64,000 nucleotides of DNA from Stegostoma tigrinum (taxonomy: Eukaryota): the NCBI RefSeq assembly GCF_030684315.1, contig NC_081384.1:26760818-26824817 (forward strand), given 5' to 3'. Shown piece by piece: positions 1 through 13,145 of the stretch. The notes under the pieces are model-generated. The model did no database searches and was not told the DNA's origin. It was given only the letters and a program-made list of their open reading frames with translations. The number at the start of each line of letters is the position of its first letter. Position 1 is the first letter of the stretch. Position numbers and translations under genes: made by a program.

Positions 1-698
1 ATTCCACCTTGTCTGAACAGTTTCTGGCATTGTCTTAGCAAGGCCAAAAGAAAATAAAACATGTTTTTTAAAAGTGGTAGACATCAGCCAATGAAAAGGA
101 ACATCTCTCAGCAAATTCTGAAGTTTAATTTAAGGAAAATAAGAAAGGAATGACAGCTGATCGGAAAATGCTGATTCAGGTTCCATCATTTGTTAAAATG
201 AACTTTTGTGATTCCGTATGTTTACAGAATGACAAACAAATCTGAAAATTTAGAGGTGACTGCAAAGAGAGTACTGTTATTTCAAACTGTTGTTTATAAA
301 CAGGGATTATATTTGTGGGGTACGGTTAAATTTTGGGAGAGGGCACAGAAGTGGCAGGTGTTGCCCAGTAGATGTTTGGTGACCCATCATACATTGTGCC
401 CACTCCTCCAATCTATCGACTTCAGTGGAAATGAAAGCAGCAAAGGAAGGCTTATTCGATAGTCGGGCCCCTGATGCCAGCTAAAGAGTGATATTATGCC
501 TTACAATATGGTAGTACCTGGGTGGCAGAGGGAAGATTTACAAGGGTTTTCACTCCTGCTGCAAGCATGTATTTAGATATTCTGTGACAACCTGATGATT
601 GACGTGCGATGCATATTGCAGCTGAAGAGCCTACCAGGCACTCGTTGCCAGAGCTGGGCAATTCATAACAGACCAAATTAAAAGAGGAATATTTTAAT

Positions 699-1508
699 TG
701 TTACAAAATATTTTGGGAGTCTGTAAATTTTTTTTTAATATTTGGAAAGGCTATAAAGAATCATTTATAAGGAATCATTCAATAATATTTAGATTTTAAG
801 AAATACTGATCCACAAGACCTCATAGCTCTTAGCCTGGATGCAGCACCGACAGCAAGTTAAAATACAGAATGGAAGAAAATAGTAGCTAGAGACAGTCAA
901 CAAGCCAAGTAGAAGAGCTGGATTTCTAAGCAGTGAAAAGCTTATTTAAGATAGCTGCCACTCTGTATTCATGTCTGAATGACTGACAGCACAGAATTGC
1001 CTATATCATATGAAGTTAAAGCAATGCAGAGATTTGCAATACAGCAACTGGCAGGAAGTGAAAGTTGAAAATTTTCCAGAAGGAATTGCACCCATATATG
1101 GAAGAATTCACAGGTGGAAGCCCTTCTACGTGGAAGCTGTCAGTCACAAAGAATTAACTAAGGAAATAGAAAGTTGTTTGGAAGAACTGTATGACTGAAA
1201 CTGGAATAGTCCAGGCGGAGTGGTTTCCCTGTTAAACTGCAAGTGGTGGACTTTGTTGTATCTACAATTCTATGCGCTATTTATAATTCTGCTGAATATG
1301 ATTTGCTTTTTAACTTATGTTTGATTTTAAATGATTTTGATTGTTGTTAAGAATGTTACAAAATGTGAAATATTGTCAATTTATTTCTTCCTTGGAGTGT
1401 GGATCTCTTTAGGAAATTTGGCTAATTTGCAAGGCAGATTCCCATTTGGATTGCAATCTGATGATTAGGCCTTGTAAACTAAAATTTATGATTGGTTTTA
1501 TCTTAACA
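699..1508. mobile_element. Candidate old solo LTR
   Basis: Begins TGTTAC and ends TTAACA (5-bp terminal inverted match); ~810 bp. No TSD seen. Confidence 0.3.
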
Positions 1509-2800
1509 CCTGCAATAAAGCAAACTAATGTCAAAACTGTAAGCATTTTTAAAGAAAATGATAAAAGCACTTAATTCAATCCCCAGAATATTAACACTAA
1601 TCTTGGAATACAATGTAATAAAGATATGAAGATCCATGGTTCTGGCAATTAATCAGCATTTAGCAAAATATAACATATGATGTAAAACTGGTGGCTATGG
1701 TTATCTGCATAATCCATTGACAATCCTTCACTTACCCCTTGGGCTGAAGCTGTGATCATTGTAACATTAGTTACTTTTAACTGGGATAAACTGGTGTTGA
1801 GAAAGGAGTATCAGAATAAAACATGAAAAATATAATCATCTCATTGATAAGAATGAGCTCAATAGTTTGCAGCAAGAATGCAGGAATCCGGGCTTTTTAA
1901 GATGGTCTTTAACTCAATGGCAGTCTATGAGTCTGCTAACATTGTCATTAAAGAATTTGATTGACTGGACAAACATTTGTTAAATGCAGACAGCTGCAAC
2001 CTCACTCCTTGAACAGTACTGAGGATTGAAATACTGTACATAAAAATTCAATTTGCAAATCCTTCAGATAACTAGGAAGGAGCCAGGAAGTACTTTGCTT
2101 CATAAATCACACTGACATGTTTCTCCCTCTTTAAAAGATCTTGCAATAATCAAGAAAACAGCACATTCCCTGTTTGAGAGAGAATTTAATTGACAGTTTG
2201 TTTGGTTTAGCATGAAGTTTGAAGTTTTAGGGCTTAAAATGAACAATAATAATAATAAAAAGTGCAGGTCGGGGCCTGGGAGCTAAAATAGGTTAGATTA
2301 GAGCTCTTTCAGTTCTGAGACCTTGATCTGAACCTCTCTTCTGTCTGATGATTCCAAAATCTCAAAGTGAAAAGGAGTTAGTGCTTTACTTCCTGGTGGT
2401 CCCAGTTTTAATGGAATATCCTGAAGTTGGCTTGCTACGTGGCTCGATATTTGATGCTAGCTCATGTCTGCCTGGAAGATTGAATCATTCTTAAACAGAT
2501 GCAATATGACTGGAGTTACTACATGTCACAATGATCTCGAAGAAAAATGTACATGAGGCAGGCTACTCGAACAAACATTTCTTCCTCGTTTAGAAACTAA
2601 GTTTACTATCATTACAGATTGCTCTCTCTAATGATTTCAGACTTTTGCCTCCACCACCCTCAGAATATTATTGCTAGATTTTCTATGGGAAGAAATCAGC
2701 CTTGAGCTCACCTTTTCTAGTTTGTACCTTGACCTTCATATCTCACATTTATAACGTAATTGAAAATGATGATCAGCTCTTTTCAAGCAAGTATTTTCCT

Positions 2801-3140
2801 GGCAGTAGTCGGGTGGCTCAGTGGTTAACAACATTGCCTCGTAGCACCAGGGGCCTGGGTCAAATTCTAGCTTCAGGTGACTATCTATGTGGAGTTTGAA
2901 CATTCTCCCTGTGTCTGTGTGAGTTTCCTCCAGGTGCTCCAGTTTCCTCCCACAATCCAAGGAAGTGCAGGTTGGGTGGATTGGCCATAGTGTGCAGGGA
3001 TGCTGGGTTAGCTATGGAAAATGCAGAGATACAGCAATACGGGCAGGATTGTGTCTGGATGGGATGCTGTTTGGAGGATCAGTGTGGACTCAATTGGACA
3101 AATGGCCTGCCCTGCACACTGTGGGGATTCTATGATCTAT
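2801..3140 (+). mobile_element. HE1/V-SINE-like tRNA-derived SINE
   Basis: A box GGTGGCTCAGTGG, B-box-like GGGTCAAATTC, central TGTGGAGTTTG...GTTTCCTCCCACA core and a CR1-like tail ending TTCTATGA. Confidence 0.85.
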
Positions 3141-4879
3141 AAGTTTCCCTCCTTTTAAAACCGAGGAGTTTGAATTTTTCTAGTTTTCTACAAATCTCTC
3201 TTGAGACTAATTCAGTCCCATCATTCTTTTCTACATCATGTCCAGAGAATAGTTAAAAATAAATTAAATTATGTATGGTTACCTTTTGATTAGACAGTGT
3301 ATGAATCTGCTGTGTTGCTTCTGACTGCTTAATCAGAATTGGATTCACAGATTATGCAAAGAGAATGATTTTTAATTCCTAACTTGCCCCTCGATGTTGG
3401 AAATCTTGTATTTGTCACTTGAATGTCACCGATGTATGTTTCAAAACCTTAGTCAGGCTGACCTCCCAAAGACAATAGACCTGCAACGACAAGCAAAAAT
3501 TAAGAACACAACAACAATGGCTAGTTTTGACATTAATTCTGAAGATAGGTCACTGGACCCGAAATATTTACTGTTTCTCTCCCCACAGATGCTTCCAGTG
3601 TCGCCAAGTTTCTCCGGCACTTTCTGTTTTTGTTTCACAACAAGCAGTAGATTTACTGTTTCTACAAAAAAAAAGCACTTCCAACACAAGTGCTGACCTA
3701 AGCTTGACCTTTCCGTCAATTTTTGTGGATTGAGAAATGTCAGCCCAGTGAAATTCTTTTTGTGTTGAGCCTGAGAACATGACCAGCTGGTAATTCTGTC
3801 CCAGTCAGAGAGGCTTTGTGGGTCAATTCAAGAAAAAAAATGAAAAATTTCCTGGAAACAGTGTTGGTGAGCATTATTAGAATTTGATGGGTTGGAGGGA
3901 GTTTTTTTTGATATTTTCATTTCTAGTTATCTCATAGTATTCACATTAAAAACCTCCCTTAAACATTGTTTATATTTTGTTTCTAGTGTATTGGAGGAAA
4001 TTGTAATTTTAATTTATCTTGTAGAACCACATTTGTGACCTGATTTCCCATCATAAGCAGAGGCATTCTTATCTCCTATTCTCTCAGCGCTTCCAAACCT
4101 GCTGCAATGAACAAAAGAAACCTTTCCCAACTTCCATCAGAATTAATGCATCTTTTTCTCTTGTGATACCATAATCCCAGGGCCAGAGGGATATTTATAC
4201 TGAAACTCTTGGTAATTCTGCATCCAAATGTTTGAATCTTTGTAATATTGAAGCTTGTTTACTTATCTGTTACATCCAGACAGTTTGCATTGTCATTTCT
4301 GTGAGTGAAATGCAGCGACAATGTGCATTGATTGAACTTAAAATTATAGGAAATGTGCTCCAGTCACTATCTCGAAATTGCTCTGAGTGTGTTTAAATTT
4401 GCTTTTCAAAGAATTTAAACTTGTGAGCAATCCAATTAAAATACATGGACTGGTACTTCCTACTGAGCAGATAGGAGGGCTTATTGAAGGTGTTCTTAAT
4501 TATTACTTGTTCTTGGGATGTGGGTGATACTGCTCAGCCTGCATTTATTGTCTCTCACTATATTGTGAAAGTCCTGGCAGGGTTTCAACTGAAATAAAAT
4601 TGTCTTGTAGATGAGTGGCTGCTTGTATTGAGGGCATTGAGAGTTGAGGTTGGGACGACTAGGGCTATCTGTCAGCCACACTAGCTATAATAACAGATCA
4701 TCCTTTTCTGAACAGTACCAGCATGTCAATGGTTTTCCTTTTGACAATCTAAGAACTTACACGGTGATTCTCTCACCTCTTACGCCCCTTTCATCAATAC
4801 CACCAACGCCAAGCCACAAATAGACTATTGGAATTCTAAATCACAATTTGTTCTGGATGGTAATGTTGTTAGTTTCGGT

Positions 4880-5280
4880 GAATAAAAGGGCAGCACACTC
4901 TCCTCACAAGCTTATGAGTTTGACTTCCTCTCCAGTCTTGAACATGAACTAGCCCGATACTGATGCAATCCTGAGGGAATGCCGTTTTGTCAAAGGTGCT
5001 ATCCTTTTGAAAAGATGCTAATTGGAGTACTCCCTCCCATCTTGAGTAGATATGATAAATCTCATAAGGTTACTTGAGGAAAAGCAATGGAGTTTCCCCA
5101 TGATCGCCCTAATCGCTTAGCCAGTATCGCAAATTTGGAAAGCTCAGTCATCATCTCAAACTGACTGACTTATTTTTCTATATTACAACAGCGACTATAT
5201 TTTAAAGATATTTCATTGGCCGTAAAGAGCTTTGCGGTGTCCTGAATTCAATGATCATATATAAATGCCTTGTTTCATTT
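4880..5280 (+). mobile_element. Old Deu-domain SINE (SacSINE1-like)
   Basis: Decayed Deu core (TGAGGGAATGCCGTTTTGTCAAAGGTGC...) and tail ATTACAACAGCGACTA...TTCATTGGCCGTAAAGAGCTTTG...TATATAAATGC. Confidence 0.6.
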
Positions 5281-5289
5281 ATTTTCTAA

Positions 5290-6588
5290 TACCATTACCA
5301 AGATGGTGCAGCCTCTGCTTGGTTTCCCCGATGTACAGGAAGCCACAACGAGTACAGCGGACACAGTGTACCACATTGGCAGAAGTGCAGGTGAACATCT
5401 GCTTGATGTGGGAAATCTTCTTGGGGCCAGGGATGCGGTGAGGGAGGAGGTGTGGGGGCAGGTGTTGCACTTCCTCTGATTGCAGGGAAAAGTGCTGCGT
5501 GCGGTAGCACTGGAGGGGAATGTGGAGCAGACAAGGGAGTCATGGAGGGAGTGGTCCCTTCAGAAAGCAGACAAGGGTGGGGAGGGAAAAATGTCTTTGG
5601 TGGTGGGTCAGATTGCAGATGGCGGAGGTGTCGGAGGATGATGCATTGGGACGGCATGCAGATGGCCTAAAGGCCCTCCACTTCATCCTGTCCTGCAGGC
5701 CTGACCAGTCCCTCTTCAATGACACCCTCATCTGCTTAGCAGAACTCATCCACACCCTCAACAACTTCTCTTTCAATTCCTCCCACTTCCTACAGACAAA
5801 GAGGGTTGCCATGGGTACCCGCATGGACTATCTGCTAATGTGGTATACTGCACCCTCTGTTCCCGTTGTGGCCTCCTCTAATTTGGGGAAACCAAGCGGA
5901 GGCTTGGGGACTGCTTTGCAGAGCACCTACGCTCAGTTCGCAATAAACAACTGCATCTCCCAGTCGCAAACCATTTCAACTCCCTCTCCCATTCGTCAGA
6001 TGACACATCCACCCTGGGCCTCCTGCAGTGCCACAATGATGCCACCCGAAGGTTGCAGGAACAGCAACTCATTTAGCTTGGGAATCCTGAAGTCCAATGG
6101 CATCAATGTGGATTTCTCAAGCTTCAAAATCTCGCCCCCGCATCCAAAAACCAGCCCAGCTCATCCCCACCTCCCGAACCTGTTCCTCCCCTCACTTATC
6201 CCCTCCTCCCACCTCAAGGTGCACCCCCATTTCCTACCTACTAACCTCATCCCGTGCCTGCCCACCCCTTGACCTGCCCATCTTCCCTGGGCTGACTTAT
6301 CTCCTCCCTACCTCCCCGTCGACACTCACTTTTACTGGCTCCATCCCCACCTGTTTGATCTGTCTGTCCCCTCTCCACCTATTTTCTCGTCTATCCATCT
6401 TTGATCCGCCTGCCCCTCTCTCCCTATTTATTTCAGAACCCCCTTCTCTTCCCCCATTTCTGAAGAAGGGTCTGGGCCCAAAACATCAGCTTTCCTGCTC
6501 CTAAGACACTGCTTGGCCTGCTGTTTTCATCCAGCTCTACACCTTGTTATCTCAGATTCTCCAACATCTGCAGTTCCTATTGTCTCTG
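5290..6588 (+). mobile_element. Rearranged Penelope-like element (inverted 5' piece, RT fragment, GIY-YIG C-terminus, pLTR)
   Basis: 5290-5650 reads FTCTSANVVHCVRCTRCGFLYIGETK on the minus strand. 5650-5825 gives RT motif FLQTKRVAMGTRM on plus. 5830-6588 is homologous to the endonuclease end and pLTR of the 25-26 kb element. Confidence 0.85.
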
Positions 6589-6869
6589 AACCAATTGGAG
6601 GAAATGTCCAAGCACATCCAGACTGTGAGAGATTCCTGTGCAGCAATAATAAACACACTGTTGCTGAATTATGTTATTTTCTTGTTAATATGAAATATGT
6701 TCAAACTTTTCTAAGGAAAACTTTGAGTGTTTGTGGATATTCATGAACTGTTTAAGCTTGGTTGTGGCATCGTATGGATTAACAACATTTAATGCCTCTG
6801 GAAGGATTTCTTTTTCAAATTTAGTAAACATGTTTTCACTTTCCACATCAAAGCCATTGTTATGAATTC

Positions 6870-7350
6870 TAAAAAGCTGAGATGCCCAGCACAGACCTCT
6901 GTGGGATTCCACTCATCACATCCTCCCAGTCAGCAAGGGACCCACTTATACACATACTCTGTTTATTGCCAGCCAACTAATCTCCTGTTCGTGCTAAGAT
7001 ATTGCCCTCTACATCGTGAACTCTTACTGTGTACAATAATCGTTTGTGCAGCATCCTCTCAAGTGCCTTATGAAAGTCAACTTTATCCAATCTTGCAAGT
7101 CGCTCCAAAAAAGTTGTTAAGTGTGATTTTCCTTGCGTAAAACAAGGCTGACTTTTCCCAATTACCTGTTTTTCTTTTTAACTTCACAGCTATAACCTCT
7201 TTGATAACGGATTCAAACACTTACCCTCATTAGAGACATTAAGTTAATTGGCCTACAATTTTCTGTTGTTATTTTCTTGAATAAAGTGCTACATTTGCTA
7301 GTTTCCAGATTGATGGAACTTTTCCAGAATCCAAAGAGTGTTGGAAATTT
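6870..7350 (-). mobile_element. Old CR1 ORF2 fragment
   Basis: Decayed similarity to the RT N-terminal region (NYRPISL-like AAGTTAATTGGCCTACAATT). Confidence 0.5.
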
Positions 7351-7360
7351 TAATTAATTT

Positions 7361-7715
7361 ATAGAACCCCTACAGTGTGGAAACAGGCCATTTGGCCCAA
7401 TGTGTCCATAGTGGCCCCCTGAACAGCATCCTACCCATACCCATTCCCCTACCCTATCCCTGTAACCCTGCATTTCCCCATGGCTAACACACCTGGCCTA
7501 CATACCCCAAACACTATGGGCCATTTAGCATGGCCAGTCCACCCTACCTGTACATCTTTGGACTGAGGGAAGAAACTAGAGCACCTGGCAGAAACCCACA
7601 CAGACACAGGGAGAACATGCAAACCTCACACAGACAGTCGTCCAAGGATGGAATCGAACTTGGGTGCCTGGTGGTGTGAGGCATCAGTGCTAACCACTGA
7701 GCCACTGTGCTGCCC
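7361..7715 (-). mobile_element. HE1/V-SINE-like SINE, full length
   Basis: Reverse complement starts GGGCAGCACAGTGGCTCAGTGGTTAGCAC, has B box GTTCGATTCC, and ends in the CR1-like tail. Confidence 0.9.
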
Positions 7716-8399
7716 AAAATGGGAAAGTTTTAAAGAAATGTAAAAAACACCAACATATCCACATCAGCCCCCTCTTTGAAGGATCTTGGGCTTGTTATCT
7801 ATAGTTCCATCTGTTTTCACAGCTTTGGAAAGACATTTTTTCTTTGGAGTGCTGAGCTTGGATTTTTGCTTCATTCATGTCTGTTGCTGACTCTCTCTCT
7901 AGTAATGAACATGTTTCAGTTGCTGGCTGAATTTGTGTCTTCTTAAAGCACCAATGCTCTGAAATGAAAAGCTCACATGCTTAAAATGCTTTATTTTCTT
8001 CTGTATTTCTCCCCCTCATGATTAGATCTGCACTACAGCAAACATGTAGCATTTTCCCAGATGACCATTCACAGTACCTTGTCATTTTTTTGCCACCTCT
8101 AGCAGTATGTAGAACTGGGCTAAAGGTCACTTGAGGTTGTTTACTGCCATTAATTCTCTTCTACTTTGTATCAGGCCTGTCTCGTGGTTAGAAGCAGATG
8201 ATGCACCAGCATAGGATATCTATACAAGAAGCATTGTGCTTGGTTTATTACATGAAAAAGTATAACTACATTTGATCAGGCAAATTACTAGGGTCTCAGA
8301 AAACTGGTTTAGATATATCTGGTCCCTCTGTAAGCTAGAATAGAATTCTTTGTCTCCACCCAAACTACTGAGGCCACACAGTTTGTGGCTGCAAGCACA

Positions 8400-8880
8400 A
8401 AGTCATATAGCATGGAAACAGCCCCTTCAGTCCAGCCACTCCATGCTGATCATAATCCCAAACTAAACTTTTCCTGCCTGCCTGCACTTGGCGCATATCC
8501 CTCCAAAAATTTCTTATTAGTGTACTTATCCAAATGTCTTTTAAAGATTGTAACTGCCTATGCATCCACTACTTCCTCTGGAAGTTCATTCCACTCACAA
8601 ATCATGCTATGTCTAAAAAAATTGCACATTGTCTATTTACATCTTTTTCCTCTTACCTTAGAAATATGCCCCCTATTTTTGAAATCCCCCACTCTAGGGA
8701 AAAAACACCTGCCATTCACCTTATCTTTACCCCCTCACGTTTTTGTAAACCTCTAACAGGCATTTCTGTTCTAGAACACAAGCTAAGGCCCTATTTTTAA
8801 TCATACAAGTCCTGTCTTTTTTTATTTCACCAAAATGCAATTCCTTGCATTTATTCAAATGGAACTCCATCTGCAATGTG
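8400..8880 (-). mobile_element. CR1 3' fragment
   Basis: 3' UTR (CATAGCATGGAAACAGCCCCTTCAG) and the RT C-terminal region match other CR1 copies in the window. Confidence 0.75.
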
Positions 8881-8949
8881 GTATGAACATTAATGTTCCC
8901 CCACGATAATCAGTATCCTTCCATTTACTGTGCAATCCCTTGGTCACAT

Positions 8950-9545
8950 GAAGCTAAAATAACTCCTTTGTATTTTATCCAGAGATATGGGAAGCTAGTT
9001 CAATAGAGAGTGATAGTGTCAAGATAGGTATAAAAGTAATGGGAAAAAATGCCATGTCGGTTCACTAAGTAGTTGTCAAAAGTCAACAGCTTTGATTATA
9101 ATGAAAGACGAGAAAAATTGGGACTTTTGTTTCATTAAAGCAGAGAGTTTTAAGGAGTAAACATGGAGAGGCCTTCAAGATTATGAAGAATTCTGATAAG
9201 GTAAATACCTTGGAGTGTTTCCATTGGATGAGGAAACTGGTAATGATAGAGCACAAATTTAAGATAATTATACAAAGAAAATTGCAGGGGAGGTTTGAAA
9301 AACATTTCTTTTTTACAAAGACTGCAACTTAAGTATGGGATTTTGTTTTAGCACAAGCTGACATTGAAATAGAGATCATGAATTCCTTTCAAAGGAAATT
9401 AGGGAGGTTGTTTGAAAAGGAAGAATATTAAAGAATTTGGAAAGTAACCACACAAATGGAATTAGACTATATAGTTCATGTTGAGATATGTGCTACCACA
9501 GAATTAATGAATTGAATTACTTCCTTCTGTGCTGTACAATTCTGG
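8950..9545 (+). mobile_element. Old CR1 3' fragment
   Basis: Decayed LGLFSL/FKIMK-like region and a tail ending CTTCCTTCTGTGCTGTACAATTCT. Confidence 0.55.
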
Positions 9546-10619
9546 TACCTAAAATACTGCAGCTACATTAAATATAGGAAATTAAACATTGACCACCACA
9601 GATGCTAGATCCAGAAATTTGTAGGATGCAGAAATGCCTTTAATTTTGAAGCTCAGATAGTTGACATAATGAGAATTGCTGCAAACAAATAGCACACTCC
9701 CACAACCTTCCAACATTATGGTCAGTACTTTGCTGTTAATAAAGATCAGTAAAATTTCTAAAGCTTAAGAATGGCAATAATTTATTATTGAAGGCCCAAT
9801 GAAAAATAGAATTCAATGAAGATAAAACTTATTGAAAGATGTTAGATATTAGCACGGCAAAAGTGAATTACCTCACAAATGATTAGAGTAATTCTGTGTA
9901 ATAAGAACCTTATCAATTATTTGACCTCACAAATTATGGGTTATTATTCAACAGTTAAAGAAAGTGCATTTAGCATTTTATACGTGCATCTGAACAACAT
10001 TATGAACCAACATGACCTGCATTTTGAAACATTTCACTTACCTACCTCTGTGGGTGAAGTCCATATGGTCTTCAGGATACAATGTAGCAACAATCCCAAT
10101 ACGTTGTGACAGCGTCTCCTAAACCTATAAGCTCCACTACCCAGAATGATAAAGTTGGCAGGCACATGTCAAAAACCATCTCCACATCTCGCACCCAGTC
10201 AGACACTGTTCTTACTTGAACATATGGAGTTCTGCTGTAGATTCATCATGTACATCTCAGTTATCTGTGATTTTTGGAACTCAACGAGTTACTTGAACAG
10301 TAGCAAATGACGAGCTTCAGAATTCTTGTACAAATCAACAAATGGTATCTTTAACTCCAGAAATGTCACCAAGGTATTGTTTTCCTCCTTAGCAATTAGT
10401 TACAAATGGAAACATTTGCAATCTGCCTGTGGTGTACCACACATGCCAATAATTTAATTATTAGCTTTCGGTCCTCCACAGCAGATCTTTGTCCTATGGC
10501 GTGCGCTATAGATTTTCTCCTGTTCCTTTGTGAAATCTGTCTGTTCTTACAGAAAACATTAAACAGTGTTTCAGTAAACAGATTGTGATAAGCCTATGGG
10601 AAACAGATAGGAAGATTAA

Positions 10620-10832
10620 ATAGAAACAGAAATTGCTGGAGAAACTCAGCAGGTCTGCCAGCATCTATGGAGGCAAACAAAGTTAATGTTCCAGGTCCAC
10701 TGACCCTCCTTCAGAATTAACTCAAAATATTAACTCTGTTTTCACTGAACAGCTGCTGCCAGGCCTGCTGAGTTTTTCCAACAATTTCTATTTTTGGTTC
10801 TGATTTTCACTCATCTGCAATTTTTCTGGTTT
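10620..10832. mobile_element. Short fold-back element, family C (old, PLE-like)
   Basis: AGAAATTGCTGGAGAAACTCAGCAGGTCTG...AGTTAAT mirrors ATTAACT...CAGGCCTGCTGAGTTTTTCCAACAATTTCT. A degenerate hammerhead-like core lies at the centre on the minus strand. Confidence 0.7.
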
Positions 10833-10870
10833 TTGGTCTAGGAAGTTGAGATTCTTGCTTATCAAATCAT

Positions 10871-11213
10871 TATAAAATCCTGACAGTGTGGAAACAGGCC
10901 ATTTGGCCCAACAAGTCCACACTGTCCATCTAAAGAGCATCCCACTGAGTCCCATCCCCTGTACCCTTTCCCTGTAAACCCTACGTTTCCCATGGCTAAT
11001 TCTCCTTACACACCCCTGGACTCTATGGGCAATTTAGCATGGCCAATCTACCTAACCTGCACATCTTTGGCTGTGAGAGCACCTGGAGGAAGCCCGCACA
11101 GACACAGGGAGAATGTGCAAACTCCACACAGACAGTGGCACGAGGGTGGAATTGAACCCAGGCCCCTGGTTCTGTGAGCTAGCAGTGCTAGTCACAGAGC
11201 CACCCTGTTGCCC
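10871..11213 (-). mobile_element. HE1/V-SINE-like SINE
   Basis: Colinear with the 7361-7715 copy. Confidence 0.85.
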
Positions 11214-11469
11214 CATGGTGGCATATCACTGGGGATTTCAAGGCTGGATTTTTAGGAGGAGGGGGCTGCATGTTGCCTGGTTCGCTTGACAAAGAGATGA
11301 TTCTAAAATCACCTGACTTTAAACAGTGCTGGTTAAGCCCTGCAGGGATAACACGCTAAGGACACTGTAAACAAGATGACTGGCCAGCAATTCTAACTTG
11401 CCAGAAATCAGAACTCTACAGAGATTGTCAATGATGTTCAAACCCAGGAATTCCCATGCTTTTAGTGTC

Positions 11470-13145
11470 AGAGACTCATAGGGTTGTACAGCATGGAAAC
11501 AGGCCCTTTGGTCCAACTGGTCGTTGCCAACCAGATATCCTAAATAAATATAGTCCCATCTACCAGCACTTAGTCCATATCCCTCAAGCAGCATCTTAAG
11601 AGCACAAAAGCTGATGTTTTGAGCCTAGACCCTTCATCAGAAAAGAGGGATGGGGAGAGGATTCTGAAGTAAATAGGGAGATGACAAGAGATTTGCAGTG
11701 GGAGAGAGATCCCCTGAGGTTGGTCCGGAGGGAGGAGGGTAACTTCTTCAGGTTAGGCATCCTGGAAGAGGCTTTGCAGTGAGGTTAAAATTGTGATCAG
11801 AGATAATGGGAACTGCAGATGCTGAAGAATCCAAGATAACAAAGTGAAGTCTCTTTGTTCATCAACACTCCCCAAGATCATTCCATTAAGAGTATAAGCC
11901 CTACTCTGATTTGCATTTCCAAAATTTCGCACCTCACATTTATCTAAATTAAACTCCATCAGCCACTCCATGGCCAATTGGCTCATCTGATTAAGATCCC
12001 ATTGTACTCTGAGGTAACCTTCTTCATTGTCCACTACAGCACTAATTTTGGTGTCATCTGCAAAATTACGAACCATACATCCTACGTTCACATCCAAATC
12101 ATTTATATAAATGACAAAAAGCAGTGGACTCAGCACCAATTCTAGTGACGTGCTGCTGGTCACAGGCCTCCAGTCAGAAAAGCAAACTTCTACTAGGATA
12201 CACCTAATCGGGTCCCAGAAATTTATCCACTTTTATGTGTTTTCAGATGTCCAGCACCTTCTCTGTAATGTGGACATTTTTCTAGATGTTTCTATTTATT
12301 TCTCCATGTTCTCTATCTTCCGTAACCTCTTCTACAGTGAACAGTCGTATAGTACCTACTCCACCTGCTACACTTCCACACGTAGATGACCTTGTTGATC
12401 TCTAAGGGGCCTTATTCTGTCCCCTTGTTACTCTTTTGCCCTTAATATAATTGTAGAATCCCTTTGGATTCTCTTTAACGTATTTGCCAAAGCTATTTCA
12501 TGTCCCCTTTTTGCCTTCCTGATTTCCCTCTTAAGTATACTCCTACTGCCTTTAAACATTTCTAGGGATTCACTAAATCCCTGCTGTTTATACCTGACAT
12601 ACTCTTCCTTCTTATTCTTGATCAAAACCTCAATTTCTCTAGTTATCCAGCATTCCCTACACTTACCAGCCTTGCCTTTCACCCTAACAGGAACATACTG
12701 TCTCCGAACTCTCGTTATCTCATTTTTGAATGCTTTCCATTCTCCATTATCCCTTTACCTGTGAACATCTTCCCCCAATCAACTTCTGAAAGTTCTTGCT
12801 TAATACCATCAAAATTGGCTATCTTCTAATTTACAACTTTAACTTTTAGATCCAATCTATCTTTTAAAATTAATAGAGTAATTGTCACTAGTCTCAACGT
12901 GCTCCCCCACTGTCACCTCTGTCACCTGCCTTGCCTTAGTCCCCAAGAGTAGGTCAAGTTTATCACTTTCTCTGGTAGGTACATCCACACACTGATTCAG
13001 AAAATTTTCTTGTACGCACTTAAGTGGGTCCTCTCTATTCAAGCCCTTAACACTAAGGCAACCCTAATCTATATCTGGAAAGTTAAAACCCCTACCATAA
13101 CTATCCTGTCATTCCTACAGATAACTGAGGTCTCCGTACAAATTT
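11470..13145 (-). mobile_element. Fragmented CR1 ORF2 interrupted by PLE pieces
   Basis: RT motif SPLLFVIYINDLD...FADDTKI, endonuclease LDLLLG motif, 3' UTR at 11470-11586; internal deletions. Confidence 0.85.
11587..11845 (-). mobile_element. PLE pLTR fragments plus putative ORF 5' end
   Basis: 11587-11680 and 11800-11845 match the pLTR at 25126-25290. Confidence 0.75.

Noticed and set aside
3570-3700. Strong splice-acceptor-like TTTCTCTCCCCACAG followed by ATG
   Set aside because: No convincing donor and no recognisable protein; cannot support an exon without transcript data.
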